A DNA stretch of 32,000 nucleotides, taken from the NCBI RefSeq assembly GCF_000017945.1, contig NC_009776.1, positions 1-32,000 on the forward strand, read 5' to 3'. A model generated the notes under the pieces. That model made no database searches. It was not told where the DNA came from and saw nothing but the letters and a program-made list of their open reading frames with translations. A program made the translations under genes and the position numbers. Source of the DNA: Ignicoccus hospitalis KIN4/I (lineage in GTDB: Archaea > Thermoproteota > Thermoprotei_A > Sulfolobales > Ignicoccaceae). Of this stretch, positions 19,601 to 27,790 are shown one piece after another; position 1 is the stretch's first letter; every line of letters starts with the position of its first letter.

Positions 19601-19751
19601 AAAGCCTGCGCCAACAATCATCGAGACCATACTGGGCAACCCAGTACTACTAATAGCAGTCGTACTGGTAGGCGCGGCCGGAGCGTATTTGGCTTCGATG
19701 TTCGTGGGTAGGGGAGGCGAGGAGGAGGAGATATTTGAGGAGCTCGTCTAG
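16698..19751 (+). CDS. Large secreted/cell-surface protein with tandem carboxypeptidase-regulatory-like beta-sandwich repeats and a C-terminal TM anchor
   Basis: 1017-aa ORF with signal-like MRLALLLILMTFSVFA, repeated PLPGALVYVSGV / NGTVVLHLEKGTYMIRV / GLAEVVLLPGTYTLRAS / TVSVPPGTYRLTISAKGYEPL modules, and final ILGNPVLLIAVVLVGAAGAYLASMFVGRGG. Confidence 0.85.
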   Translation: MKAEAAGVAWKEVMRLALLLILMTFSVFASQYSVSLSNLTPVKITNAYEYKVLDGTIGSPEKFWFSRPNVIFTYANGELNKYTITDRGVSLVSSKKLDNVVWALQQNETRVIIVTNSSILITNNALDVLHKIDFDAEGFRAAGKSERCSWFSSSGKLLKVCPSNLKVYDLPRGTFGVLKPGGISFYPLWKLAGACKVNVTSFQESFINNITFVLLKSERSSKLAKIVWRGGPRLLNCKELGREAYLSNTSLVLTLGGSVGIKYVDLAENVTFTLFGASLAKLLGLSRSPLGYEAYVLLVKPQGGGDLLLSLRAKDSNPMFATFSENMFCTPLPSFICFPEELAYRPISFQDVASPHSAVEVALTKRFVEVAGESSVEVNLKPLSAPNKAYTLRLSIQEPSKTVLLPSDTYELNVKSKIGRVVLFVGAPPPGTDFDPPVIRVEITPDVIIPYVYKLKIKVVDEQTGNPLPGALVYVSGVTVRGKRLQLGPQVTDANGTVVLHLEKGTYMIRVVKDYYKPVVIRNLVLDNDKSIAVKMIIKGTDVKIKVMSKGAPPFIPKGPIANATVSIQGRIALEKKTDKNGLAEVVLLPGTYTLRASAPLHKPHTETLNVVPSNKPLVKEVTLDPILYNLTLVIKDSLTGRLVIPSLISITSLTSGLSKVIKNPATGTVLVTLPPDVYSIKVLAKNYLPFEETYNISKSMTLTIPLKLKTVKVRIMVFDELKNLVPAFNITLVNQALGLKFEFSLTSENNTVSVPPGTYRLTISAKGYEPLTTTVTISENTKVLQLTIAHKSFNVVIKAKTDDKLLYEFIFYCEGQVQGGPLFEPLPLPRMTKPSLQATIRVPRGTYMATLTCYSATKEKAATGSATFTVPTNAVVEVPLTPTKTSVAVTVLDVRTNKPVVRATVKLYYGQNKLLIGEGMTDATGRAIINVNTYYMGKPVEIVITAPGYQEYRSSVILTRQLPVVYLKPAPTIIETILGNPVLLIAVVLVGAAGAYLASMFVGRGGEEEEIFEELV

Positions 19752-20838
19752 ATTGGAGGTCCCAATCACCGAAGAACACACTTACAAAGTAATAATCGGG
19801 AGGAACGTCTTCAAAGAAGTCGAGAGCGCCTTGCCGGAGAACGTTAAGCCGTGTCTCGCGGTGGTAGGCGAAGGGGTGGCAAAGGGCGCACGGTGGGTCC
19901 TCAAAGAGGCGAGCGCAGTCTTCCCCCATTGGGAGATACTCAAGGACGGCGAGGCCGCGAAGGATCTGAGCGTGGCCTTGAACATTATTAGAAAGCTCTG
20001 GGAACTGAAGGCCGACCGCTGGTGTGCCCTAGGAGTGATAGCCGGGGGCAGCTTAGGCGATACAGCCTCCTTCGCTGCCTCCGTCTACATGAGGGGGATA
20101 CCGTTGATCCAGTTCCCCACGACGCTGTTAGCCATGATAGACAGCTCGCTGGGCGGAAAAACTGCGGTTAACTTCGAAGGCTTTAAAAACGTACTGGGCT
20201 CGTTCTACCACCCGTGGTTAGTAGTTGATGACTTGAGGTTTCTGGACACCTTACCGGACAGAGTCTTCAAATCCAGCATGGCAGAAGCAATAAAGTACGG
20301 AATCACTTTGAATCCCGAGTTCTTGAAGTACTTAAAAGACAACAGCTCGAAGATCTTGGCGAGAGACGACGAATACGTATCGAAAGTTATTGCAGAAAGT
20401 GTCAAAACAAAGCTCGAAGTGGTTAGGAAGGACCCCAGAGAACGAAAGGGAGTCCGAGAGGTGCTGAACTTCGGCCACACCGTAGGCCACGCCCTCGAGT
20501 CGGCCTCCAAGTTCGAGCTGCTCCACGGCGAAGCCGTGGCCCTCGGAATGGTCGTCGAGACCTTATACGCCGAGAGGGTAGGGGCGTGTTCCTCTTGTTA
20601 CGAAGCCTTAGAGGGCGCGCTCTCGGCTTATTCGTTAACCCAAGTTAAGGCTCCTAAGATGACCATAGAAGAGTACAAAGCTATGATACTGAAGGACAAG
20701 AAGAGGGTAGGCGACCGCTTGAGGTTACCCTTACTAGAGGGGGTGGGAAGGTGGAGGCTGGAGCTGGTCCCCTTGGACGAATTCGTCGAGACCACGTTCA
20801 AAATCATGGAAGAAGTGTTTTGGTCAGAGGACTTCTAA
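19735..20838 (+). CDS. aroB: 3-dehydroquinate synthase
   Basis: GVIAGGSLGDTASFAASVYMRGIPLIQFPTTLLAMIDSSLGGKTAVNFEGFKNVLGSFYHP and LNFGHTVGHALESAS. Confidence 0.92.
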   Translation: MRSSSRLEVPITEEHTYKVIIGRNVFKEVESALPENVKPCLAVVGEGVAKGARWVLKEASAVFPHWEILKDGEAAKDLSVALNIIRKLWELKADRWCALGVIAGGSLGDTASFAASVYMRGIPLIQFPTTLLAMIDSSLGGKTAVNFEGFKNVLGSFYHPWLVVDDLRFLDTLPDRVFKSSMAEAIKYGITLNPEFLKYLKDNSSKILARDDEYVSKVIAESVKTKLEVVRKDPRERKGVREVLNFGHTVGHALESASKFELLHGEAVALGMVVETLYAERVGACSSCYEALEGALSAYSLTQVKAPKMTIEEYKAMILKDKKRVGDRLRLPLLEGVGRWRLELVPLDEFVETTFKIMEEVFWSEDF

Positions 20839-21534
20839 CCCTATGGCCAGCGCGGGGCCCGCTTCGGGTCCGTAGTACTTCTCGTAGACCTTGAGTCCCT
20901 CCTCGACGCTCAGCCCGGGCAACACTCTGTCCTCGCTTTCCAACATTTCTTTAAAATTCTTGTACATTACCAACTTCTTTACTTTAGCGTACAAGAGCTT
21001 GCCCGACTGAACGCTCTTAAACTGGATGACGTGACCCACGCGAAGCCTCTTCCTCTTTTCATCATAAACCCTGCCCTCGACCACCTTTTCCCCAGAGGCG
21101 ATCAGTTCGAACCAACGCTCCTCCAACTTCATCCGATGAACATCGTCCGACCGGAGCACCGCCGCGCCGAAGGGTTCGATGTGGTCGTCCTCCTCTAGGA
21201 GCCTAACGTCTTGAAAGGGTGCATCGCCTCTGTAAGGGCTCTCGCCCACCACGAAGTCCACGTGAACGGCCTCGGGCACTTTCCAAAAGCCCGCCGACGT
21301 GCGCCCGTCAGTAACCACAGCTCCCCGAGGCGTTATTAGTACGGAGAACGGGAGGAGGTCGAGCCACCCCTCCGTGGGGCGCTGACAGATCTTGCCCAGC
21401 GGACACGCGTAATAGGAGTCTCCCTCGTCAAATATCCCTACAGCGTAGTTACAGACGTCGTCGTTGACGTCCAAACACAAGGCGTATTTGGAGTGGTGAA
21501 CTACGAACCCGCTTCCGGCCCTCCTGATTATCAA
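20824..21534 (-). CDS. Two-part protein: unknown Cys-containing N-terminal region and C-terminal ASCH/PUA-like domain
   Basis: C-terminal HRMKLEERWFELIASGEKVVEGRVYDEKRKRLRVGHVIQFKS...VLPGLSVEEGLKVYEKYYG resembles ASCH proteins. The N-terminal SKYALCLDVNDDVCNYAVGIFDEGDSYYACPLGKIC is unassigned. Confidence 0.7.
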   Translation of the reverse strand: MIIRRAGSGFVVHHSKYALCLDVNDDVCNYAVGIFDEGDSYYACPLGKICQRPTEGWLDLLPFSVLITPRGAVVTDGRTSAGFWKVPEAVHVDFVVGESPYRGDAPFQDVRLLEEDDHIEPFGAAVLRSDDVHRMKLEERWFELIASGEKVVEGRVYDEKRKRLRVGHVIQFKSVQSGKLLYAKVKKLVMYKNFKEMLESEDRVLPGLSVEEGLKVYEKYYGPEAGPALAIGLEVL

Positions 21535-21591
21535 GGCCCTTTCGGGTCAGACGTATTTACTCGCGCTTATATTGAGTGGTGGCGGGGCTCG

Positions 21592-22017
21592 GTGCCCTTC
21601 AAAGTATACCAGAAGATCTTAACTTTCTCCTCTACGAAGAGGAAGGAGCTAATCGACATAACTAGGGAAGTCGAAAGGGCCGTGGCCGAGTCCGGGGTAG
21701 AAGAGGGAACGTGCATGGTCTTCGTGCCCCACGCCACGGCAGCAGTGATAGCAAACGAACACGAACACGGACTGATGTCCGACATACTGAGGGCGCTAAC
21801 CGAATTGGTCCCCCCGGACAAGGGCTGGGAGCACAACAAGATAGACGACAACGCGGACGCACACATATTGGCATCTATAATAGGGCCATCGCGCTGTTTC
21901 CCAGTAAGCGGGGGCAGGCTGGTAAGGGGGACTTGGCAGAACGTCTTCTTGGTCGAACTCGACGGCCCTCGCCACTCTAGGAAGGTAATCGTTACTGTAA
22001 TGGGTGAAGGGAAATGA
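21592..22017 (+). CDS. YjbQ/UPF0047 family protein
   Basis: [23 protein letters not shown] ... [50 protein letters not shown] at 21592 gives the conserved [17 protein letters not shown] start. The track's 174-aa version carries an unlikely extension across the divergent promoter. Confidence 0.87.
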   Translation: MPFKVYQKILTFSSTKRKELIDITREVERAVAESGVEEGTCMVFVPHATAAVIANEHEHGLMSDILRALTELVPPDKGWEHNKIDDNADAHILASIIGPSRCFPVSGGRLVRGTWQNVFLVELDGPRHSRKVIVTVMGEGK

Positions 22018-23168
22018 GGCTTTACGTAGCGTCCGAAGAAGACATACTCTCCGGCAACGCGACAGACATATACTTCAAGAGGACCGTCGAAGTAGTCAAG
22101 AAGTCCGGAAAAGACAAGAAAGTCAGAATGGAATTTCACGCCTACAGCCTCCCGAAGGGGTACGAGTGGGGAGTTTTCGCCGGCCTGGAAGAGGCGCTAT
22201 ACGTCCTAAGGGGGAGGGACGTCACGGTCTACTCACTGCCAGAGGGAACGCTGTTCTTCCGAAAGGAACCCATCATGGTGATCGAGGGCAAGTACTCGGA
22301 GTTTGGCGAGCTGGAGACCGCGCTCTTGGGAATAATAAGGCACTCTACCTCGATAGCCACCAAGGCCGCTAGAATAAAGCTGGCCGCCGGAGACAAGAAG
22401 GTTTTGTTCTTCGGGTTGAGGGCGCTACACCCGGCCATACAGCCGGTCGCCGACAGGGCGGCCTTTATAGGCGGAGTGGACGGGGTGGCCGGCGCGCTGA
22501 GCGAGAAGTTCTTAGGCTTGAAGCCCCAAGGAACTATGCCCCACGCATTAATTGTAATATTCGGGGACGAGGAGAGCGCTTGGAAGGCCTTCGACGAGGC
22601 CTTGCCCGAGGAGGTACCAAGAATAGCCTTGGTTGACACCTTCTGTGACGAGAGGGAGAGCGCGCTCAAGGCGGCAAGGGTGTTGAAAGAGAAGCTGAAG
22701 GGGGTGAGGCTCGACACGCCGAGCTCTAGGAGGGGAAACATGAGGGCAATAGTGGAAGAGGTCAAGTGGACTTTGAGGCTACACGGCCTCGAGGTGCCCA
22801 TAATAGTCAGCGGAGGCCTCGACGAAGAGAAGGTAGAGGAGCTGAGGGACCTCGTAGACGCCTTCGGGGTCGGCACCAGCATAGCGTTCCCGCCGAGCGT
22901 GGACGTGTCAGCGGACATAGTGGAGGTGCTCGAAGGGGACAAGTGGGTCCCGAGGTCGAAGAGGGGGAAGCTGCCGGGCTTCAAGCAGCTCTTCCGGGAC
23001 CGCTGCTTCAAAGACGAAGTCCTCCCCTGGGGCTCCGAGGGCAAAGGGACCCCTCTCCTCACCAAGGTAATGGAGGGCGGCGAAGTGGTGACGAAGCTAC
23101 CAAAGATAACTGAGATTAGGGATTACGTCTTGCGTCAGCTCGAAGAGCTCAAGACTTGCAGAGCTTGA
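22014..23168 (+). CDS. Nicotinate phosphoribosyltransferase-like protein
   Basis: [87 protein letters not shown]. Overlaps the preceding gene by 4 nt (ATGA). Confidence 0.82.
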   Translation: MRLYVASEEDILSGNATDIYFKRTVEVVKKSGKDKKVRMEFHAYSLPKGYEWGVFAGLEEALYVLRGRDVTVYSLPEGTLFFRKEPIMVIEGKYSEFGELETALLGIIRHSTSIATKAARIKLAAGDKKVLFFGLRALHPAIQPVADRAAFIGGVDGVAGALSEKFLGLKPQGTMPHALIVIFGDEESAWKAFDEALPEEVPRIALVDTFCDERESALKAARVLKEKLKGVRLDTPSSRRGNMRAIVEEVKWTLRLHGLEVPIIVSGGLDEEKVEELRDLVDAFGVGTSIAFPPSVDVSADIVEVLEGDKWVPRSKRGKLPGFKQLFRDRCFKDEVLPWGSEGKGTPLLTKVMEGGEVVTKLPKITEIRDYVLRQLEELKTCRA

Positions 23169-23634
23169 ACAAGTCGTCCCCCAAGTAGTGTAAGTTCTTA
23201 ATTACTTTACCCCTTTCCATCTTTTCGGCCTCTTCCTTGTCATAGAGGGCTAACCCGACGGCTATGGGAAACTTTAAGTTCTCTGACCTTACCAACACCA
23301 CGTCTCCCTTTTTGAAGTCACCTTCAAAGGAGATTATTCCGGGCCTCATGACGTCCGCTCCCCTAGTGACGTAGGGCACCGCCCCCTTGTCCACCACCAC
23401 TGAGGGCCCTTCAACGTCGTTCCCGCACAAGACCGGAAGGTACTTGTCGTCCTTAACCCAGAACGTGGGCTTCCCTTCAACGAAGTAAACCACGTACTCC
23501 TTCTCGGTCTCAGTACGAACTTTTACTTCCTCTACTTTTTGGTCCACGGTGAACCTAGCCCAAGGAAGGCCCTCCACCTTCTTTAAGAGGAGTTTTTTCT
23601 CCTTCTTCGAGAGGGGCCTCCTTAACAACCTCAT
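23149..23634 (-). CDS. PUA-domain protein, possibly Tma20/MCTS1-like
   Basis: [28 protein letters not shown] followed by PUA-like [52 protein letters not shown]. The upstream 67 codons of the track ORF are low-confidence. Confidence 0.72.
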   Translation of the reverse strand: MRLLRRPLSKKEKKLLLKKVEGLPWARFTVDQKVEEVKVRTETEKEYVVYFVEGKPTFWVKDDKYLPVLCGNDVEGPSVVVDKGAVPYVTRGADVMRPGIISFEGDFKKGDVVLVRSENLKFPIAVGLALYDKEEAEKMERGKVIKNLHYLGDDLFKLCKS

Positions 23635-23815
23635 GCCTTTAACCGTGGGGTGTAACCCTTCTGGGGATGAAGAGCCGTTGGGCGACTGAACGACTTGATG
23701 TAGAAGTATTCTTCTCCGGCTACCGACCCCCAGTCGATAACGGCTTAACAACGGCCCGAACCTTGACGCGCCGACTTTTAGCCTTAACTTTATGGGGTAC
23801 ACCGTGTGATTCGGG

Positions 23816-24517
23816 TTGGAGGCCGCACACACCAAAGGCGTTGAGTGTTTGGAGTTGGAGAGGTACGGCTCCGAAGTATGTCACATAGCTTCTATACCAC
23901 TGGAGGCGTTGAAGGACTACCTCAAGTGTGAGGACTTGAAAGAGTGCGGGGGACTCGTTCAGAGTGCCTTCCTCTTAAGGGGCATATCGTATAAGAGCCT
24001 TAACGAGCTGGCCTCCGCGTGTAACTTACCACTACTTCAAGAAGGCCCGCGGGCGACGGAGCTTAGGATCTTGGAAGCTCTGGGAGCGAAAACTTTTAGC
24101 GAGGCGCGTGAGAAGATACTAGAATTGTCGAGTGATTTCAAGTACATAGAAGATACCGTAAATAGGTTGTTCGTAGTGCCCCAAGGCAAAATAACCGAGA
24201 CCTTGGACAAGTATTGCCTTAAGTTTGGCCTGAACTTAAACGATGAGTTCTGTGAGATGGCTCTAATGAACGAATTCTTCTACTTCCAAGCTTTAGTAAG
24301 GTTCGTCGAGTGCAGAGCTAACGGAAACGCCCTTCCTACTTGTGAGTACTTGCTACCGAAGTCGCTGAGGGTCGAAGGGGTGCTAGCCCTCAAGCTCGAC
24401 GACCTAGAGTGCTTGGAAAAAGTCGCAATGAAGCCTGAAGTCTCCGAAGAGACTAGAGAGGTGGTGAGGGCTATCCTCTCGCTGATAGAAAGGAAGTACG
24501 GCGTAGTATTACCGTAG
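23816..24517 (+). CDS. Hypothetical protein (up to 233 aa; start uncertain)
   Basis: Long ORF with several Cys residues (CHIAS, CEDLKEC, CEMAL, CEYLLPKS). No family recognised. Confidence 0.6.
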   Translation: MEAAHTKGVECLELERYGSEVCHIASIPLEALKDYLKCEDLKECGGLVQSAFLLRGISYKSLNELASACNLPLLQEGPRATELRILEALGAKTFSEAREKILELSSDFKYIEDTVNRLFVVPQGKITETLDKYCLKFGLNLNDEFCEMALMNEFFYFQALVRFVECRANGNALPTCEYLLPKSLRVEGVLALKLDDLECLEKVAMKPEVSEETREVVRAILSLIERKYGVVLP

Positions 24518-24569
24518 CGCCTTTCTGAATTAGTCTCTAAAACTTACTAGAGTAAAAACGGGATATGCT

Positions 24570-24944
24570 TTGTGTAACCCCACCCTCGCTCAGCCAGTCG
24601 TCGTGATGAGGTCCTCTTACGACGGCTCTTGGTGGATCGTAGAAGGTAAGAGCGTTAGAAAGCTCCGCGAGGACGACCTCGTAGGCGCGCTGTCGGACTG
24701 TGAAGTGCGCGGTAGCGCGACCTACTGTCCTAAGGAGGCGCTGCTCCTCGTTTGGAGCAGGAACGGGAGTTGCGCAGTGGGCTTGAAGGGCGTGATCCCG
24801 GAGGACCCCGACGCTTGGTGTAACCTAGCGCGGCTGGCGGAGCTCTTGAGAGAGAAGCTTCCGGAGCCGGTAATAGTGGAAGACGTTTACGCCGCGGCTG
24901 CCCAACTAATTTGGAGCTCCGAAGGGGTAACGGCATCGACATAA
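24570..24944 (+). CDS. Hypothetical small protein; start may be the later ATG at MRSSYDGSWW
   Basis: ORF between the 23816 gene and the AOR gene, same strand. Confidence 0.5.
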   Translation: MCNPTLAQPVVVMRSSYDGSWWIVEGKSVRKLREDDLVGALSDCEVRGSATYCPKEALLLVWSRNGSCAVGLKGVIPEDPDAWCNLARLAELLREKLPEPVIVEDVYAAAAQLIWSSEGVTAST

Positions 24945-24978
24945 GCTCTGTGATTGGGACAGTACCCGGGAAGCGTTT

Positions 24979-26793
24979 TTGGAAAGGAAAATCTTGTTTA
25001 TAGACCTTTCTAGAACTAGGATAGATGAAGTAGAGGTTGACGATTACCTTCATACTAGATTCCTAGGAGGGAAGGGTTTCTGTACTTACTTTATATATAA
25101 GTACGCGCAGCCTTGTGCAGACCCCTACGGGCCTCGAAACGTAGCTGTGATCGCCGCCGGCGCGCTGGCCGGCTACGCGCCGGCGTCCGGGAAGACTTGC
25201 TTCGGTGCCGTGAGTCCTCTCACCGGACTGATTCACGACTCGTACGCGGGAGAGGTGTTAGGCCCCAAGCTCCGGATGGCCGGCTACGATGCAATAGTTA
25301 TCACTGGGAAGTCCGAAGAGCCAGTTTACATCTACGTAACTGAGGAGGGGACCGAGATCCTAAGTGCCGACGACATATGGGGTCATAGCACCTCAAAGGC
25401 GACGAAGGTACTCAAGGAGAGACACGGAAAGAAGAGCAGCGTAGCCGTCGTGGGACCCGCCGCCGAGAACAAGGTTAGGTACGCCTCGGTGATAGTGGAC
25501 TACCACCGGGCCGCGGGGCGGGGAGGGATAGGGGCCATCTGGGCGAGCAAAGGCTTGAAGGCTGTTGTAGTCAAGGCAGCCAAGCCCCTCCCAGAGCCGG
25601 CGCTGGGGAGGAAGGCGTGGAGGGAAGTGGCCACCAAGCTATACAAGAAGTTCCAAGCGTTGGGCTCCAGCTTCTCTAGGTACGGAACAAACAACGGCTT
25701 GGTGACTGCCGACAAGTTAGGTATGGCCCCGCACTACAACTTCAAGTACCCTCACCTGGGGGACGTAGGCGAGCTTAAGGGCGAGAACGTCGTAAAGCTC
25801 GCGAAGGGTCCTCACGAAGTAGAGGACCAGTCCGTCTTCGGTTACATGTGCCCCATAAAGTGTTCAAAAGTGGTAAAGGATGAAGGTATCAAAAGCGAGT
25901 ACGAACACTTGGGCATGTTGGGCGCAGCAGACGGGATATACAAGCTAATGGACGTTCTCAAAGCGATCAAAATAGTGAACGATCTCGGCTTAGATAGCAT
26001 ATCCTCTGGCAACGTAATAGGTTGGACCGCAGAGAGCGAGGAGAAGGGGTTGCTCAACGGCGTAATGAAGTGGGGAGACGGCGAGAAGCAAAGAAAGCTG
26101 CTAGAGGAAATAGCGTACAGAAAGGGCATAGGCGCAGTCCTCGCGGAGGGGGTCAAGAGGGCTTCCGAAATACTGGGCTTCGGGAAGGAGTGGGCAGTCC
26201 ACGTCAAAGGGTTGGAGGCCCCCGCTTGGGACCCCAGGGGACTGTTGGGCTTCGGGCTGAGCTACGCCACTGCAGACGTGGGGGCCAGCCACTTGAGAGG
26301 CTGGCCCCGCCCCCATAGACCTCCCACGGACAGCGCGCTAAAGGCGCTTGACTCCTTATTGTACGACAGGGACAAGACCAGCGTAGCTGATCACATGGGT
26401 ACGTGCGTGTTCTTGGCTTACGACTTTCCGGACTGGAGCGAGCTGTTGAAGGTAGTATACGGCTTGGATTACGACACGGAGGAGCTTAGGAAGCTCTCCC
26501 AAAGGACGGAGAGCTTAGCGCGATTGTGGGCACTCAAGGTCGGATATACTAGCGACGACGACACCGTCCCGCCCCGCTGGATGGAGCCCGTGCCCAAGGG
26601 CCCCAACGCCGGCCTCAAAGCCTTCATCTCATGGGAAGACTTAGAGGTCTCTAAGAGGGAGTATTACAAGAGGAGGGGTTGGAGCCCTCGGGAAGGAGTT
26701 CCCCTCCCTTCCACCCTCAAGTCGCTAGACCTTCACTTCGCAGTGGAAGACGCCGAACTCCTCTTGAGAAAGCTAGAACCCGAGTATTACTAA
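24979..26793 (+). CDS. Aldehyde:ferredoxin oxidoreductase family tungstoenzyme
   Basis: FLGGKGFCTYFIYKYAQPCADPYGPRNVAVIAAGALAGYAPASGKTCFGAVSPLTGLIHDSYAGEVLG, GYMCPIKCSKVV, WDPRGLLGFGLSYATADVGASHLRGW. Confidence 0.95.
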   Translation: MERKILFIDLSRTRIDEVEVDDYLHTRFLGGKGFCTYFIYKYAQPCADPYGPRNVAVIAAGALAGYAPASGKTCFGAVSPLTGLIHDSYAGEVLGPKLRMAGYDAIVITGKSEEPVYIYVTEEGTEILSADDIWGHSTSKATKVLKERHGKKSSVAVVGPAAENKVRYASVIVDYHRAAGRGGIGAIWASKGLKAVVVKAAKPLPEPALGRKAWREVATKLYKKFQALGSSFSRYGTNNGLVTADKLGMAPHYNFKYPHLGDVGELKGENVVKLAKGPHEVEDQSVFGYMCPIKCSKVVKDEGIKSEYEHLGMLGAADGIYKLMDVLKAIKIVNDLGLDSISSGNVIGWTAESEEKGLLNGVMKWGDGEKQRKLLEEIAYRKGIGAVLAEGVKRASEILGFGKEWAVHVKGLEAPAWDPRGLLGFGLSYATADVGASHLRGWPRPHRPPTDSALKALDSLLYDRDKTSVADHMGTCVFLAYDFPDWSELLKVVYGLDYDTEELRKLSQRTESLARLWALKVGYTSDDDTVPPRWMEPVPKGPNAGLKAFISWEDLEVSKREYYKRRGWSPREGVPLPSTLKSLDLHFAVEDAELLLRKLEPEYY

Positions 26794-26829
26794 CCCCTAC
26801 CCTTCCACTGGAACCCACTCTTTTCCCAC
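26787..26829 (+). repeat. Left arm of 43-bp perfect inverted repeat
   Basis: Base-by-base match to the reverse complement of 27224-27266. Confidence 0.98.
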
Positions 26830-27223
26830 AACACGCTTTCGCGTAAGAAGCACGCCCTCGACCTCCCTCAAGTTATACGCACGTGTAAAGGAGGGGTAGT
26901 TTCTTCTGGAGAAGGAACGAGCACCCCTCCCCCTCTCCCGCGCTACTCTAAACTTCAACCATCACTCTTGTAAAATTTTTCATAATCTATTAGATAGAAA
27001 TCAGTCACGTTTTATTACGTTTCTCCTTGATTTTGCCCTATAAGGATCGATGCTTAGATGCAATAGAAATACACTATTTTGTTACAAACTATGTGAATAG
27101 ATTATTAGACAAAACTGTTGTGTTGTTTTCAGTAAGAGTGATTTTCCAGAGGAAGCACCGGGGGAAGTTCTCTCCACTAAGCACCGGAGTATCACGGAAA
27201 AAGAGGTTTGGAGAAAAACTTAG

Positions 27224-27266
27224 GTGGGAAAAGAGTGGGTTCCAGTGGAAGGGTAGGGGTTAGTAA
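27224..27266 (-). repeat. Right arm of 43-bp perfect inverted repeat
   Basis: gtgggaaaagagtgggttccagtggaagggtaggggttagtaa is the exact reverse complement of 26787-26829. Confidence 0.98.
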
Positions 27267-27332
27267 CACGGGATTGTAAGAATCGCTAATAAAGCGCGCG
27301 ATACGAGAAGTTAATGACGGGGGACCGAAGTT

Positions 27333-27749
27333 TTGGCTCCTGAAGACGAAGTCCGGGAAGAGGTGGTGGAGGAGACTCACAAGAAAGTGATGGAGGAGCT
27401 TGAAAAAATATACGAAGACGAAGAGATAGAAGTGTTCGCGGCCCCGGACGACAGCGAACTGGAAAAATTATTACTGGAAATTCTCAAGGAGAAGCCGATG
27501 AAGTTCAAAGAACTGAAGGAGGTGTTCTCGGCAACGGCCGGTGAGGACCGGCTCAGGAGGTCGTTGATGAAACTCTTGGAAGAGGGACGCATAAGGGAGT
27601 TGGAAGATGGCACTTATACAGCGATCGACGTAGAGGATATATACTCCACGGTAGAGGACGAGGAACTCATAGAAGACGTGTTGGAAAACGTGGAGGGCGA
27701 GGAAGAGGAGGAAGAACTAGAGGAGTTAGAGTTCGACGAGGAATTCTAA
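27333..27749 (+). CDS. Acidic protein with central winged-helix-like segment
   Basis: DSELEKLLLEILKEKPMKFKELKEVFSATAGEDRLRRSLMKLLEEGRIRELEDGTYTAI has wHTH spacing. It is flanked by Glu/Asp-rich tails. Confidence 0.65.
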   Translation: MAPEDEVREEVVEETHKKVMEELEKIYEDEEIEVFAAPDDSELEKLLLEILKEKPMKFKELKEVFSATAGEDRLRRSLMKLLEEGRIRELEDGTYTAIDVEDIYSTVEDEELIEDVLENVEGEEEEEELEELEFDEEF

Positions 27750-27790
27750 AAGAAAAATGAAGCTTATGCTCGAGAAGCTCCGCCTATAGT

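Larger units (their letters stand above)
26787..27266. mobile_element. Candidate non-autonomous (MITE-like) element bounded by perfect 43-bp inverted repeats
   Basis: 26787-26829 ttactaacccctacccttccactggaacccactcttttcccac is the exact reverse complement of 27224-27266. TA dinucleotides flank CTAACCCC...GGGGTTAG at both borders. The interior is mostly non-coding and AT-rich toward the centre. Confidence 0.5.

Noticed and set aside
22229-23065. 278-aa minus-strand ORF
   Set aside because: Antisense to the nicotinate phosphoribosyltransferase-like gene, Ser/Pro-rich composition typical of GC-driven shadow ORFs, no recognisable motif.
25842-26207. 121-aa minus-strand ORF
   Set aside because: Antisense to the tungsten AOR gene. 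No independent support.
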